Positions 47,401 through 56,073 of a DNA stretch of 64,000 nt are shown here, piece after piece (the first letter of the stretch is position 1; each line of letters begins with the position of its first letter). The stretch is from Macrostomum hystrix. Lineage: Eukaryota; Animalia; Platyhelminthes. Under the pieces are notes generated by a model. The model saw only the letters and a program-made list of their open reading frames with translations, had not been told where the DNA came from and made no database searches. The DNA lies in NCBI GenBank assembly GCA_950097015.1, contig CATNEN010000001.1, forward strand, positions 15,500,001-15,564,000, read 5' to 3'. The translations under genes were made by a program, and so were the position numbers.

Positions 47401-50400
47401 CGAATGTTGGTGATTGTGACAAAGACTTATCAGCTAAAAGTCGACGAAGGAAAAAATGAGAGAAAGGGTGCGCTTTTTCTAACAGAAAGGTTTGGAGTTC
47501 GATTCTCAGCCTAAGGTAGACAAATAGGCGGGTCGGAGGCAGAGCGGTTATCGCGTTTGCCTCTCGCACAACAGTCCCTAAGTTCGATTCCACGGCGAGG
47601 CCACATTTATTTGGGGCGCAGCCGCGGAGAGAAGGCTTGAGGGCTTGTCGTGCAATTTACGCCCTTGAGGGCCAACCTCCAAGGCACAGTGAAATGTACA
47701 CTGCCTGACGATGAGAAAGTCAGGGCAGATGTACACACCTGTGTGAGACCTGTGTGATGCCTGCGTAAAGTATCTGTGTGCGTGTGTGCTCAGGAGTCAG
47801 CGAAAAATGGGCAGAATTGCCTCCTCGCTGGCTGCGGGTCTAGTGTCACCAAATGACGTGCCGTTGCCCGCAGCCCTCCTGCAATCATTAAGGTAGAAAA
47901 TTTGTGTCCGGTTGCGGGACCGTTAAATCCCTTGTGTTTCATCCAGCTGTGGCAGAAATTCGGTTCTACAGTGTAGACTCCTTAGTCCACGGACTGAACA
48001 GCAGTACACGGCATCGGGAATCGCTGCATAGTGTCATTTCTCTTCTATAGCTGGTAATTTATGCGAAAAAAATGATAGCACAGCAGTAACTGATTTCAAC
48101 AGTACATCCTAAGCTTACATGACAGCTCTCTTAATGATGTAAAATTATACAATTTTTGTATAAAAAAGAAAATGTAATTTTGGTGCATAAAAAGAGATTC
48201 GATCGCCACTAACTTGAAGCAGATCATAAAAGCCGGTGGTGTTGTCGCCCAGTGTGACGTAGCACGCATCGTGCAGTCGAAGCTCATTGCTAGCCGAGCT
48301 GGTGTTGCGAATGCTGAGTACAGTTCTGCTGGGGCTCAAGCCCCGGCTCCACTGAGCGTAGGTGTCGCGAAGCAGTTGGTCGATGGCTTCGGAGCGGGTC
48401 AGCTCAGTCTGCGAGGTTGACAAAAATGAATGGAAATCTGGCATATCAACGGGGGCTGTGGGCACTGGCAAGTCATTTTGGCCATTTCGCATGTACTGAC
48501 CAATTCACCGTTTCACCTTGAGGGTTGGCCCTTATGGACACGAACCGCACTATGGTTGCAGAAATTAATCTGACGAATCACCAGCCTCGCTTTGCCACTC
48601 AAAAAGCTATAGCCCATAGCATCAGCTGTAAAAAACGCCGTAAACTACAACTTGTATTTACGCACACACAGACCGGCCAAAAATGTTCGTCTCTGCTAAG
48701 TCTCTGTGGCACTTTACATGCTCCCAGATCCTATCTCGATCCGTGCGTTATCCAATTGTGAAAATTAATCTAAAAAGCACTCAGAGCCCCACTGTAAATA
48801 TGACTATATGTTGATCCAGCGCACATGTTTGACTTGTGCAAGCCCATTTAGTGGAGTAAGCCATGCCCATTGCTGTGGATTGGGCTAATGGTATCAATAT
48901 AATTTCGATTAAGTGCCATCGAGACACGCTTTTCTCTGTGGCTAGTCGGCTAATATCACGTGAACAGCAAATTATGGGTTGGATGCAGGATTAACCATCA
49001 CTTTCAGAGCAGTTCACTGCTACTGATGTCTGCAGGCAAATGCGATTTAGAGGTCAACTGACCTCCTTGTGTCTGCTCTGCTGGCAAGACCTGACCACTG
49101 TTTCTATTTAAATATGCCTAATATGCTTCAATGACAAGAATAAGCCTGAGTTGAGCGTACATTCCGAGGCGACTGGTCGTCCAAAAAGCTGACACCGTCG
49201 AACTCGTGCGAAGTGAAATTCACGCCAGAATATAGCCTTGACGACACGTGCTCCCTGAAGTAGGTGCGGTTCATCTGGAATTATTGTGAAACTATTTAGA
49301 TCAAGTGGGCCTAAAATATTATGACGTCATAAAACACTCTACGTTCCTGAAGTACCAAATTATTGTCGGTTAATATTACTTTTTCTATAGGGGTAATCAT
49401 TTCTAGACACTAAAAAGTACTTCATAAGCAGACAATCGTGGGGTTTCTTACGTACGTCACGAAACATTTGCGCATAGTAATAATTATAATTATGGCCCTA
49501 ATCCATATAATCATTATTGACACCTCTTTCGGTTCCGATTCCTCCCCGAAAGTTTATAAGCCGGGTTGATGAAAAGTCTATTATTAGAGAAAGTAAGAAA
49601 AAAAATAAACTGCGATAAACACCAAGCCGTCCCGCTGCTCGCCTATCCATAGGAAGCGGAATCGTCTATTAGCTCTCGATAATCACCACTGAACCGGAAC
49701 CGGTGGGCTAAGGCCATGGTGCACAGTGACTGTCATCCAATGTCCAAATTCATTTCCCTAGCCCATGGCACTGAGTTGTTTTACTGATGCCAGGACTAAG
49801 AGCTCGCCAATCATAAAAACTATTTGCACTATTGCTTTTCTGGCTGGTGCGAGTTTAAAACGGTTCATTTGTTGCATCAATTTTAGCAGTTTGAGCTTCC
49901 CGTGAGTGCATTTCCCATTTTTCTCAATAAACTCACTCCGCCAACGAGAAGAAAGCTGTAGGCCATGCTTGTCAGGTTCGCTGCAGACGCCTAAACGTGA
50001 AAATTGAATGGTTGGCGTTTTTTAAGAGCTTTGTATGAGGCTATGGAGCAACGATTGGCTTTCTATCAGAGAAAGATCATATTCCCTTCGAAAATAGCAT
50101 AATAAAAATAATTGTAGGAGGGCTGTGGGCAGTGGCACATCATTTGGTGACACTGGACCCGCAGCCAGCGAGGAGGCAATTCTGCCCATTTTTCGCTGAC
50201 TCCTGAGCACACACGCACACAGATACTTTACGCAGGCATCACACAGGTCTCACACAGGTGTGTACATCTGCCCTGACTTTCTCATCGTCAGGCAGTGTAC
50301 ATTTCACTGTGCCTTGGAGGTTGGCCCTCAAGGGCGTAAATTGCACGACAAGCCCCCAAGCCTTCTCTCCGCGGCTGCGCCCCAAATAAATGTGGCCTCG

Positions 50401-52984
50401 CCGTGGAATCGAACTTAGGGACTGTTGTGCGAGAGGCAAACGCGATAACCGCTCTGCCACCGACCGCCCTTCGAAAATACGAGGGCATACGTAGCATACA
50501 AAAGTATAAAAAACTATACACGCTAATGCTGGTATCCATTTATCAACTGACTAACTAAAGTAAGAACGTAAATAGTTTTCCCGGGCTGAGATTAGAACTC
50601 CGGACCTCTCTTTCAATAGCCCTTAGATGCAAACTGTACGGGGCGCAGGCAATCAGTCTAAAGTTCTGCTTAAACTCGTGGCGGTGGACTCACAAGATTC
50701 AAGAACTTGGGTACCAGAGTCTGCGGCAGAGCTAGCAAAAACCTGTGAATGGTAGTCAGCTTGAGCTGGCTCAGCAGTCGGAAGGTGAAGCTGGGATGGT
50801 CCAAGTTCACCATGCGGAACATCACGTGACCGTTAGGAAACGGCAGCAATGAGTGCATCCGCTCTAAATCTGAAATTGCGGACAGGCACGAAAGTGGGGA
50901 GAATCAAGTCATTCTGGTGGCTTAAACTCGAGTTCTGAAACTTTACAATCTGTTAAAAACAGCAAAATGCAGCCAGAATACTTGGTTGACTGCTACATGG
51001 ATTTCACACACATTGGCACAAAACGAGGACGTTGCAGTCTAGTGGATAGAGCGCCGGACTCACGACTGAAGGTCGGGGGTTCGATTTCCAACTTCACTGG
51101 AAAAATTTTGTCCATTAGCAAGAAGCTTAACTCTGCGTTGCTTCAGTTCACCCAGCTGTTAAATTGGTACCAGCATCAGCTGGCGTGGGTGTGGCGTCCC
51201 CCCAGTCCATGGACTGAACAGCCGTACGCAGCCTTCAGATGCACCGCGCAATAGCTGCGGCTGTGCTGTCGGCCTTTTTCTGTCTGTGTCTTGGTGATTG
51301 GCCATCAGATAGAAGTTCCGCAGCCTGTCCCCACACCTGCTTCCCAATGGTTTCTCAGCTCACCGTGAAAGCCAGTGTAGAGCACCGCAAACTCTGTCCA
51401 CTCGCTCCACTTCACGTATTCGTAGATGGAGCGACTTCGCAGCTCCGCGGCAGGATAGAAATTGATGGCGTAATACTTCCAGTCAGCTGGCATGTGGCGG
51501 CCCACCTGGCTGTCGGTGTACACGCACGATACCTTGCTCAGCTGGCAGAAACGATTCAGTGCCGGGTGAAAGGCAGAGCCACCGATGGCAAGCAGGTCCG
51601 CTTCTCTCGGCAGGCGTGACAGAACTTGGCAGACTGAGAAGCGAAAGCGTGCAGTCGATAAAATTTTCATAATTTTCATGGCTGCTATGATAAATGTCTA
51701 GCCAAAATATTATGCAGTTATGTGTAGCTATGTGCCCCGTAGGCCTATTTAAAATGCTCTCGATTCCGCTTCCTCTATAATAGTGTCCTCGTTATGAAAT
51801 TTATTGTGTAGATAATAATACAAAACTATCTGCCGTGCCAATCCATACAGCTTCTCCCCAGAGTTTAAGTGCAAAGCATTTTTTGCTAAAAATTCCTTGC
51901 TAATCTTGCTCTGGTGCACCCTAACGTCAGTCCCCAAAACAACATGGCTACTGAATCTCCGCGGCATTTTCCAACCGCGACCGCTTGAGCCATTTCTCCC
52001 AGGCAGTCCGCTTCCCCGAATGCAAATCGACGAATAGGCACTCGGACACCCACAGCTCCACGGCTGTCTCGCGAGCTTCTCTGAGCAATACATGCGAAAT
52101 CATTGGGACTGGGTCCAGCACAACAGACCATTTCTCTACTCAATGCAGCCGAATAAAAACTCACTGAGCAGCATAGCTTCGGCTTCGGAAACTGGCAGAA
52201 GCCGCTCATTGCCATCAGGCTGGGAAAACTTCTGGCCGGTAATTCGATTCCCTGCAGTTTTATGACAAATAATTGCGTTACGTACCAGTCATTGTAATCC
52301 AATAATAACGGCTTTGAAATGAGGTTAAAAATGACCTCCGTTGTAATTGCACAATTAGTTACAATGGCGGGGTTTCGCAGTGTCCGATTTTTTGCAATAG
52401 GTATTCTCGGACTTCAATCCGTGTTATGTAATGTAACTTCGCCAGGGGTATTGCAAGGGGCACAAGTGGGTTTGAGTGTCGGACTCACGACTTGAAGGTC
52501 GGAGGTTCGATCCTCGACTCAGCTGGAGCAATTTGTGTTTTTAGCTGACAGTTAACCCTGCATTGCTCCAGCTCACCCAGCTGCTAAGAAGGGTAATTAG
52601 GAAGGGTCCTCACTGTCCATGGACTGAACAGCCGTACGCAGCCTTCAGATGCGCCGCGCAATAGCTGTCTTCTATAATCAACGGTCATTATTATCAATTA
52701 TTCGCCTATGGGGCCAACCCCCATGGCATAGTGAGAGTGTACACAGCCTGATGATGAGTCAGGGCAGATGTACACACCTGTATGAGTGTGTTCTTAGTAG
52801 TCAGCGTCGACCGTCACCGAATTATACGAATGTTGCTATTTTTATGATTAGCTTCGAAAGCTAACTCACAGGCGTGATAGTCCCAGAATATGCGGCTGGC
52901 CTTGACCGCTGCGGATGGGACTTGGCAGCTAACAGCTGAGATCAGTAGCAGCAGCAACAGCAGCTGGGCTGATTGCCTCGACAT
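32296..52984 (-). CDS. Ionotropic glutamate receptor subunit (kainate/AMPA-like architecture), 15 exons, ~898 aa
   Basis: Phase-consistent GT-AG model: 52984-52870, 52251-52165, 51633-51364, 50869-50694, 49990-49937, 49274-49161, 48408-48214, 47090-46989, 45870-45632, 36420-36267, 35907-35628, 34789-34575, 34043-33809, 33002-32731, 32484-32296 (2697 nt). Encodes signal peptide, ATD, S1, M1, M2 (SLWF..GSLMQQG), M3 [12 protein letters not shown]2 and M4. Confidence 0.92.
32731..33002 (-). CDS. iGluR exon 14 (end of S2 and M4)
   Basis: [11 protein letters not shown]...RW...C...[15 protein letters not shown]. Confidence 0.9.
33035..33307 (+). mobile_element. SINE family A (intronic)
   Basis: B-box gttcgattc, body and 3' stem-loop. 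Confidence 0.85.
33446..33783. repeat. 26-bp minisatellite (CCCAGTTACCTCAGCTACTGCTGGTA), ~13 copies
   Basis: Essentially perfect tandem array in iGluR intron 13. Confidence 0.95.
33809..34043 (-). CDS. iGluR exon 13 (S2)
   Basis: [13 protein letters not shown]...[15 protein letters not shown]...[10 protein letters not shown]. Confidence 0.92.
34205..34528. repeat. 21-bp minisatellite (GTTAGACAGGAGTTGCAACCT), ~15 copies
   Basis: Near-perfect tandem array in intron 12. Confidence 0.95.
34575..34789 (-). CDS. iGluR exon 12 (M3 and start of S2)
   Basis: [39 protein letters not shown]...YG...FFK. Confidence 0.93.
35628..35907 (-). CDS. iGluR exon 11 (end of S1, M1, M2)
   Basis: [15 protein letters not shown]...FL.PFS..VW...ARISPYEW...[14 protein letters not shown]. 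Confidence 0.93.
36003..36192. repeat. 20-bp minisatellite (CTGTTAGACAGGAGTGTCAC)n
   Basis: About 9 units; shares its core with the 21-bp array at 34205. Confidence 0.9.
36267..36420 (-). CDS. iGluR exon 10 (S1)
   Basis: YTIR...DGQFG...WSG.VGEL...[15 protein letters not shown]. Confidence 0.92.
37232..37440 (+). mobile_element. SINE family A (degenerate), adjacent to the Gypsy insertion site
   Basis: ctctcgcaccaaggtccctgagctcgattccgcggcgaggccacatt... Confidence 0.8.
37454..38143 (+). repeat. 5' LTR
   Basis: tgtggtgccgg...cactgtcactaca; no differences from 44855-45544 seen by eye. Confidence 0.96.
38147..38164 (+). promoter_or_regulatory. Primer binding site, tRNA-Lys type
   Basis: TGGCGCCCGAACGGGGAC, one mismatch from the tRNA-Lys3 PBS TGGCGCCCGAACAGGGAC, 3 nt after the LTR. 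Confidence 0.9.
38305..39213 (+). CDS. gag: Gag with CCHC zinc knuckle
   Basis: 302 aa; capsid-like Q..E.V..Y..EL..LA..AFP; [14 protein letters not shown]. Confidence 0.93.
   Translation: MGDQAMDDLINALATRLRANAERTAPRIPKPPKYVPSMNFNLWLQNFNEYCGMVDIEEGDRRPHLISLLDLTTAYAAVDKLDLPDDLEYGEFTARLVARFTMNRTVQDYRFELSNRDQLDKEAVETYGDELLELARNAFPTADADTRTELAKDRFLKGVRVSDTVRERLYLQQPTDLAEAIRTVRQLEAAQRASSAQSRTRPRAGLNVLAAETPATALDKEEELRLLRQQVKTMEEKIQRMERNQAQSTQAARPEARVNQTGPSNPKQRNGVTCYRCGEVGHLSFQCQNSGKDRRGPRPGGN
39174..39219 (+). promoter_or_regulatory. -1 ribosomal frameshift signal
   Basis: G GGA AAA slippery heptamer in the gag frame (39174-39180); pol is in the -1 frame; downstream aggggc...gcccct stem. Confidence 0.8.
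39174..43385 (+). CDS. pol: Pol (Q/H repeat spacer, protease, RT, RNase H, integrase)
   Basis: ALVDSGAS; RMCVDYR, MPFGL, VYIDD; LDTDGS, ELLAVV, TDH, NADAMSR; HHCC motif, VDIVGP, SDQG, GQVE. The C-terminus continues to 43779 after a 1-nt indel. Confidence 0.95.
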   Translation, partial: GKRQEGPTSWRQLSPCYSPASNQHHQQPQPHIQHHQQPQPHIQHHQQALPGNQHHQQALPGNQHHQQALPGNQHHQQALPGNQHHQQALPGNQHHQQPQPHIQHHQQALPGNQHHQQALPGNQHHQQALPGNQQHQQALPGNQHHQQALPGNQHHQQPQPHIQHHQQALPGNQHHQQALPGNQHHQQALPGNQHHQQALPGNQHHQQPQPVIQHHHQPQPGNQQHQQPQPGTQRHRRSRRKKTKAGLSTPLRQPSSPPIQINPVSIFVTINVAGKKLDALVDSGASCSIMSTETYESLPNSRIQVLAGAEGHVSLANGSPISIEKTVQLPVAIAGKLISTPVLVVSGIKYQLVLGSDFCRDNSCVIDYQHAAFRVGESSIPIRWQAERPLVCRILSQRSRTLKPGQQIVLPGRLERKGQRNSGCLGITENLSQLNLESGRCLAKALVIPSEKALVPARLVNLTEEPVRIRRGSTLGWFCPLEVAEPFNTVELLAMESDPTRSAGLSKGDPNELEISELLPNSYGSCGLTSDENSAFQDLIWKYRDVFATKQSAPKVTTMVQHGIDTTNARPIKIPPRRLPPHLQPEVDHQIDELLEKGQIEVAQSPWCSPLVCVRKKSGEMRMCVDYRKLNDVTVKDAVPMPRVDDALEALHGAQIFSTMDLHSGFWQVGMSPKDKDKTAFSVPHRGQFRWKVMPFGLVNSPATFTRLMAAVLDKQMWRTCLVYIDDLLVWSADVAEHLRRLEEIFEKLQLANLSLKPQKCHFLQKEVEFLGHKVSATGISTEESKVQEVRDWPTPKNLSELQSFLGLCGYYRRFIRNFSEIAAPLTLLTTKGAKFRWEEEQETAFEALKQNLTSSEVMAHPDFSPTAGEFVLDTDGSSKVGIGAVLSQVQTDGSERVIAYASKSLNQAERNYCTTRLELLAVVTFVAKFKYYLLGKEFCLRTDHSSLQWLKNFKDAEGQVARWLEKLAPFQYRIVHRPGRAHVNADAMSRKPVVRKHFGADSCPVCASGYSNRINSIELGGFSAADLKREQDEDGDLRAVKNALILITQSLNAGEIDTTAWSPLARGIWARRDDLLLQEETLFIRDKNKSDKQLIVLPQSCLPRTLKSLHQGVGGGHIGFAKTKHKMLQRFWRPGLARAIEEFIRGCAVCCKAKAGKKNRAPLKPLTFAAPFDCIMVDIVGPLTRSKAGNSYILTVQDSFTKWPDAYPLRNQKAKTVAKVLFDRWISQHGCPNTLHSDQGRNFESKIVREMCRMLEIRKSRTTAYHPSGNGQVENFNKSLKSMLKCCLEDAGRNDWEEFVSSALMAYRSSVHRGTGYTPHYMVYGTEMRLPIDLSDQPPQRVSSHVEFVKDLEIKLQTAHRAARMQLNTYQRRQKDHYDKKNSWFRHQGGRPRLYLQSRTEA
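39240..39869 (+). repeat. 30-bp coding tandem repeat, 21 copies ([10 protein letters not shown] / [10 protein letters not shown])
   Basis: Two unit types arranged with a 180-bp higher-order period. Confidence 0.95.
43321..43779 (+). CDS. Integrase C-terminal GPY/F-type tail, out of frame by one extra A in an A8 run (43314-43321)
   Basis: [15 protein letters not shown]...[12 protein letters not shown]...[10 protein letters not shown]...[14 protein letters not shown]. Confidence 0.85.
   Translation, partial: TRGSDIKEGDHVFIYSPALKPDEAAKFHISWRGPVRVLCKISEVLFKVEKPSNRRKTKVVHFNNLRKFQVQEVKGPETEPDDVQSEAEEPEQDQEEEDWHPGHQRKDPVRPNPEVQAELPPEHEEPEEAEFEPRRSGRTRRQPDRYGQPVLY
44105..44655 (+). repeat. Degenerate 20-bp repeat array (GCCTGCGACGTCAGCGCACT) in the Gypsy 3' region
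   Basis: 20-bp periodicity visible from 44124; larger sub-blocks are duplicated. Confidence 0.85.
44843..44854 (+). promoter_or_regulatory. Polypurine tract
   Basis: AGGAGGGGAGGA directly before the 3' LTR, preceded by a T-run. Confidence 0.9.
44855..45544 (+). repeat. 3' LTR
   Basis: Copy of 37454-38143. Confidence 0.96.
45632..45870 (-). CDS. iGluR exon 9 (end of ATD and start of S1)
   Basis: FATWS...[11 protein letters not shown]...[17 protein letters not shown]. Confidence 0.92.
46989..47090 (-). CDS. iGluR exon 8 (ATD)
   Basis: tttcag|[22 protein letters not shown]...QPK|gtaagc. Confidence 0.8.
47527..47888 (+). mobile_element. SINE family A, full length
   Basis: A-box ggcagagcgg, B-box gttcgattcc; approximate TSD aaggtaga(c)aaat. 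Confidence 0.9.
48214..48408 (-). CDS. iGluR exon 7 (ATD); 5' boundary uncertain
   Basis: [17 protein letters not shown]...FYDLLQ|gttagt; could start as far up as ~48496. Confidence 0.7.
49161..49274 (-). CDS. iGluR exon 6 (ATD)
   Basis: ...RLYSGVNFT... matches the kainate receptor YSGVN.T motif. Confidence 0.82.
49937..49990 (-). CDS. iGluR exon 5 (ATD)
   Basis: tttag|[18 protein letters not shown]|gtgagt. Confidence 0.78.
50110..50468 (-). mobile_element. SINE family A, full length
   Basis: Near-identical inverted copy of 47527-47888 with its own TSD (ccttcgaaaata). Confidence 0.9.
50694..50869 (-). CDS. iGluR exon 4 (ATD)
   Basis: DLERMHSLL...RLLSQLK...FLL...FLNL|gtgagt. Confidence 0.82.
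51026..51275 (+). mobile_element. SINE family B
   Basis: tRNA-like head, central domain, cagtccatggactg. Confidence 0.87.
51364..51633 (-). CDS. iGluR exon 3 (ATD)
   Basis: CQ.L......AI.G......C....V......INFYP......I..V.W..W..F.VLY. Confidence 0.85.
52165..52251 (-). CDS. iGluR exon 2
   Basis: Open, phase 1 to phase 1, ctgcag|...|gtgagt; joins to give EAEAMLLICQVL. Confidence 0.65.
52455..52805 (+). mobile_element. SINE B copy (52455-52668) followed by a SINE A 3' fragment (52705-52805)
   Basis: Motifs of both families recognised. Confidence 0.75.
52870..52984 (-). CDS. iGluR exon 1 (signal peptide)
   Basis: [20 protein letters not shown]...|gtgagt. Confidence 0.75.
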
Positions 52985-53756
52985 CACTGTGTTCTTTGCT
53001 TCGATAAATTTGCCGACAAAATGCAATCTGAGTATAGCCAAATCTTGAAGATTTGCTATATCACCTGAAGTGTGCTCACTAGAACGTACAGAGTAGCCTA
53101 TAGTTACTCCTATAGTCCTATGTCCTATAGTTTTTCTTGCAACCAATTGGTCAGTTACCAAGGCCCGAACGCGTTGATCATGCAATCTGATTGGTTGCTG
53201 TCCAGTCAGCCAGACAGAATGGCTAAAAACTAAAACTCATCACTACTGGGCTTGGAAATCGCTTTGAACGGTGTTGTCATGCCGTAGTCTAATAGCACTC
53301 ACGTATCGCTTTGCCGGTCAATCTAATATGTACATATCACTAACTCTCGCTCACTATGTACATGCCCCCCACGCGCACGTTGATCGTATCGGTTGCACGT
53401 TGAGGCAAATATATAAATACTGTCTCGCCCTACTTGGAGGGCTCACCTTTTTCTTCGCACCTCACACAGCGTGACTCTTGAGCTATTACAGGTGTGACAT
53501 TGATGTTTTCTCAGGATTTTAATTTAATCTGACAATTTCAGCGCAGTCAGCGAATTATTTGGCTAATGCGAGATTTGCCTTTTTTCGCTGGAAAACCGAT
53601 TGGCAAATACGCATGGATTGACAGGATAACAAATAGGGATAATTAGCGAAATTAGCAATAATTTAGCACTTAAACTGATTGGTTCTAGCATGCGAAACAG
53701 CGTATCTGTCGCCAATAGAAGACTCCAGTTTAATGAGTTAATAGGTGGCTTAGTAG

Positions 53757-54412
53757 ATTGTCTGACGCTGTTCTCACTCCTCTCACTCTCTCAATCGCTT
53801 ATCCAAGCCCATCAGATCAGGAGTGAGCACAGCGTCAGACAATCGCTTATCCTAGCCCATCAGATCAGGAGTGAGCACAGCGTCAGACAATCGCTTATCC
53901 AAGCCCATCAGATCAGGAGTGAGCACAGCGTCAGACAATCGCTTATCCAAGCCCATCAGATCAGGAGTGAGCACAGCGTCAGACAATCGCTTATCCTAGC
54001 CCATCAGATCAGGAGTGAGCACAGCGTCAGACAATCGCTTATCCAAGCCCATCAGATCAGGAGTGAGCACAGCGTCAGACAATCGCTTATCCAAGCCCAT
54101 CAGATCAGGAGTGAGCACAGCGTCAGACAATCGCTTATCCAAGCCCATCAGATCAGGAGTGAGCACAGCGTCAGACAATCGCTTATCCTAGCCCATCAGA
54201 TCAGGAGTGAGCACAGCGTCAGACAATCGCTTATCCAAGCCCATCAGATCAGGAGTGAGCACAGCGTCAGACAATCGCTTATCCAAGCCCATCAGATCAG
54301 GAGTCAGAGACGCTGTTCTCACTCCTGATGTGATGGGCTTGGATAAGCGATTGTCTGACGCTGTGCTCACTCCTGATCTGATGGGCTTGGATAAGCGATT
54401 GTCTGACGCTGT
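53757..54412. repeat. 48-bp minisatellite, ~11 copies, flanked by inverted units
   Basis: Unit AGACAATCGCTTATCCAAGCCCATCAGATCAGGAGTGAGCACAGCGTC; reverse-complement copies at 53757-53781 and 54309-54412. Confidence 0.95.
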
Positions 54413-55109
54413 CTGCCCGCCGCCACCCCAGAGCTCTCAGCTAGTCAATCGATGATGGGCAGTGAGCTCTCTGTACTTAGATCTGCAGCTATTAGTTATT
54501 TCGGCGTCCAAAATCTCGAATTACGACATAGTTTATGAAAGTTGAAAAAACCAAAAGGTTGCCCACTGGTTGTCTGACTGGATCGAAATCCAGTATATGT
54601 TAATATTAGATTGCTAGTTTTGAAATCAGTGTATTGATAATATCACGTTAGACATTTAATTGCATCACGATAGCCACAGTCGGTGAAATTCTGTGCAAAT
54701 TTAATATTTCTAAACAAGATTTGCAAGCAAGCAAGCAAGTTGAAAAGCAGATGTAGGTGCAGGCAATCAATAGTATTGTGATAATATTGTGGCACACAAA
54801 TTACGGATGGAAAGTTTGTTGCAATGAAATCTGCTTGTACTATTGGGCTAGCAAAAAATGCATGATAACAAATTTTAGGAACGTTTACAAAGTTTAAAAA
54901 TGAAAAAAACTGTCTGCTAAACTGTGAACCCTGACAGTTCCTGCCACCTGACACTCCGACGAGAATCGTTGAATATCTCGACGATGCCGATGTGTTGTGA
55001 TTCTGGAAGTTTTTTCATCGGATAGAGCTGGAAATTCTAGCCTGTGAATCGTTTACTAACTAGCACCTAGACATCTAATTAAGCCTTCTATTTGAGACTT
55101 ACTAGAATT

Positions 55110-56073
55110 CAGGGGTCGGCAAACTCCGGCCCGCGGGCCAGATGCGGCCCTCGAAGCTCCCAAATCCGGCCCGTTGCCCCTTCTGACATCTACAGTGTCC
55201 TGTTTCATCTCTCTCGTGTCTAATCTCTCCCGTGTCTTATCTCTCCCGTGTCTTATCTCTCCCGTGTCTTATCTCTCCCGTGTCTTATCTCACACGTGTC
55301 TAATCTCTCCCGTGTCTAATCTCTCGCGTGTCTCATCTCTCCCGTGTCTAATCTCTCCCGTGTCTCATCTCTCCCGTGTCTAATCTCTCCCGTGTCTAAT
55401 CTCTCCTGTTTCTCATCTCTCCCGTGTCTAATCTTTCCCGTGTCTAATCTCTCCTGTTTCTCATCTCTCCCCTGTCTCGTCTTTCTTGAGTCTTATCTCT
55501 CCCGTGTCTCATCTCTCCTGTTTCTCATCTTCTTCCATGTCTAATCTCTCCCCTGTCTTATCTCTCCCGTGTCTCATCTCTCCCGTGTCTAATCTCTCCC
55601 GTGTCTAATCTCTCCCGTGTCTTATCTCTCCCGTGTCTTATCTCTCCCGTGTCTAATCTCTCCCGTGTCTTATCTCTCCCGTGTCTTATCTCTCCCGTGT
55701 CTAATCTCTCGCGTGTCTCATCTCTCCCGTGTCTCATCTCTCCCGTGTCTAATCTCTCCCGTGTCTAATCTCTCCTGTTTCTCATCTCTCCCGTGTCTAA
55801 TCTTTCCCGTGTCTAATCTCTCCTGTTTCTCATCTCTCCCCTGTCTCGTCTTTCTTGAGTCTTATCTCTCCCGTGTCTCATCTCTCCCGTGTCTCATCTC
55901 TCCCGTGTCTAATCTCTCCCGTGTCTTATCTCTCCCGTGTCTCATCTCTCCCGTGTCTCATCTCTCCCGTGTCTCATCTCTCCTCTATCTCATATTTATA
56001 CAGTCAATGCGGCCCGCTGTCGTCTTTTAGGTTCTCTCTTTGGCCCGCCAGCAAATAAGTTTGCCTACCCCTG
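55110..56073. mobile_element. Non-autonomous hAT (Charlie-like) element filled with a 16-bp minisatellite
   Basis: TIRs CAGGGGTCGGCAAAC and GTTTGCCTACCCCTG; subterminal gcggccc motifs; (ATCTCTCCCGTGTCTW)n at ~55200-55985. Confidence 0.85.

Noticed and set aside
47790-47880. HDV-like ribozyme in SINE A (GCCTCCTCGCTGGC matches HDV P3/L3; GCGAA..TGGG resembles J4/2-P2)
   Set aside because: The elements are in the wrong order, there is no upstream P1 strand and no GG for P1.1; simple hairpins shared with the LINE 3' UTR explain the sequence.
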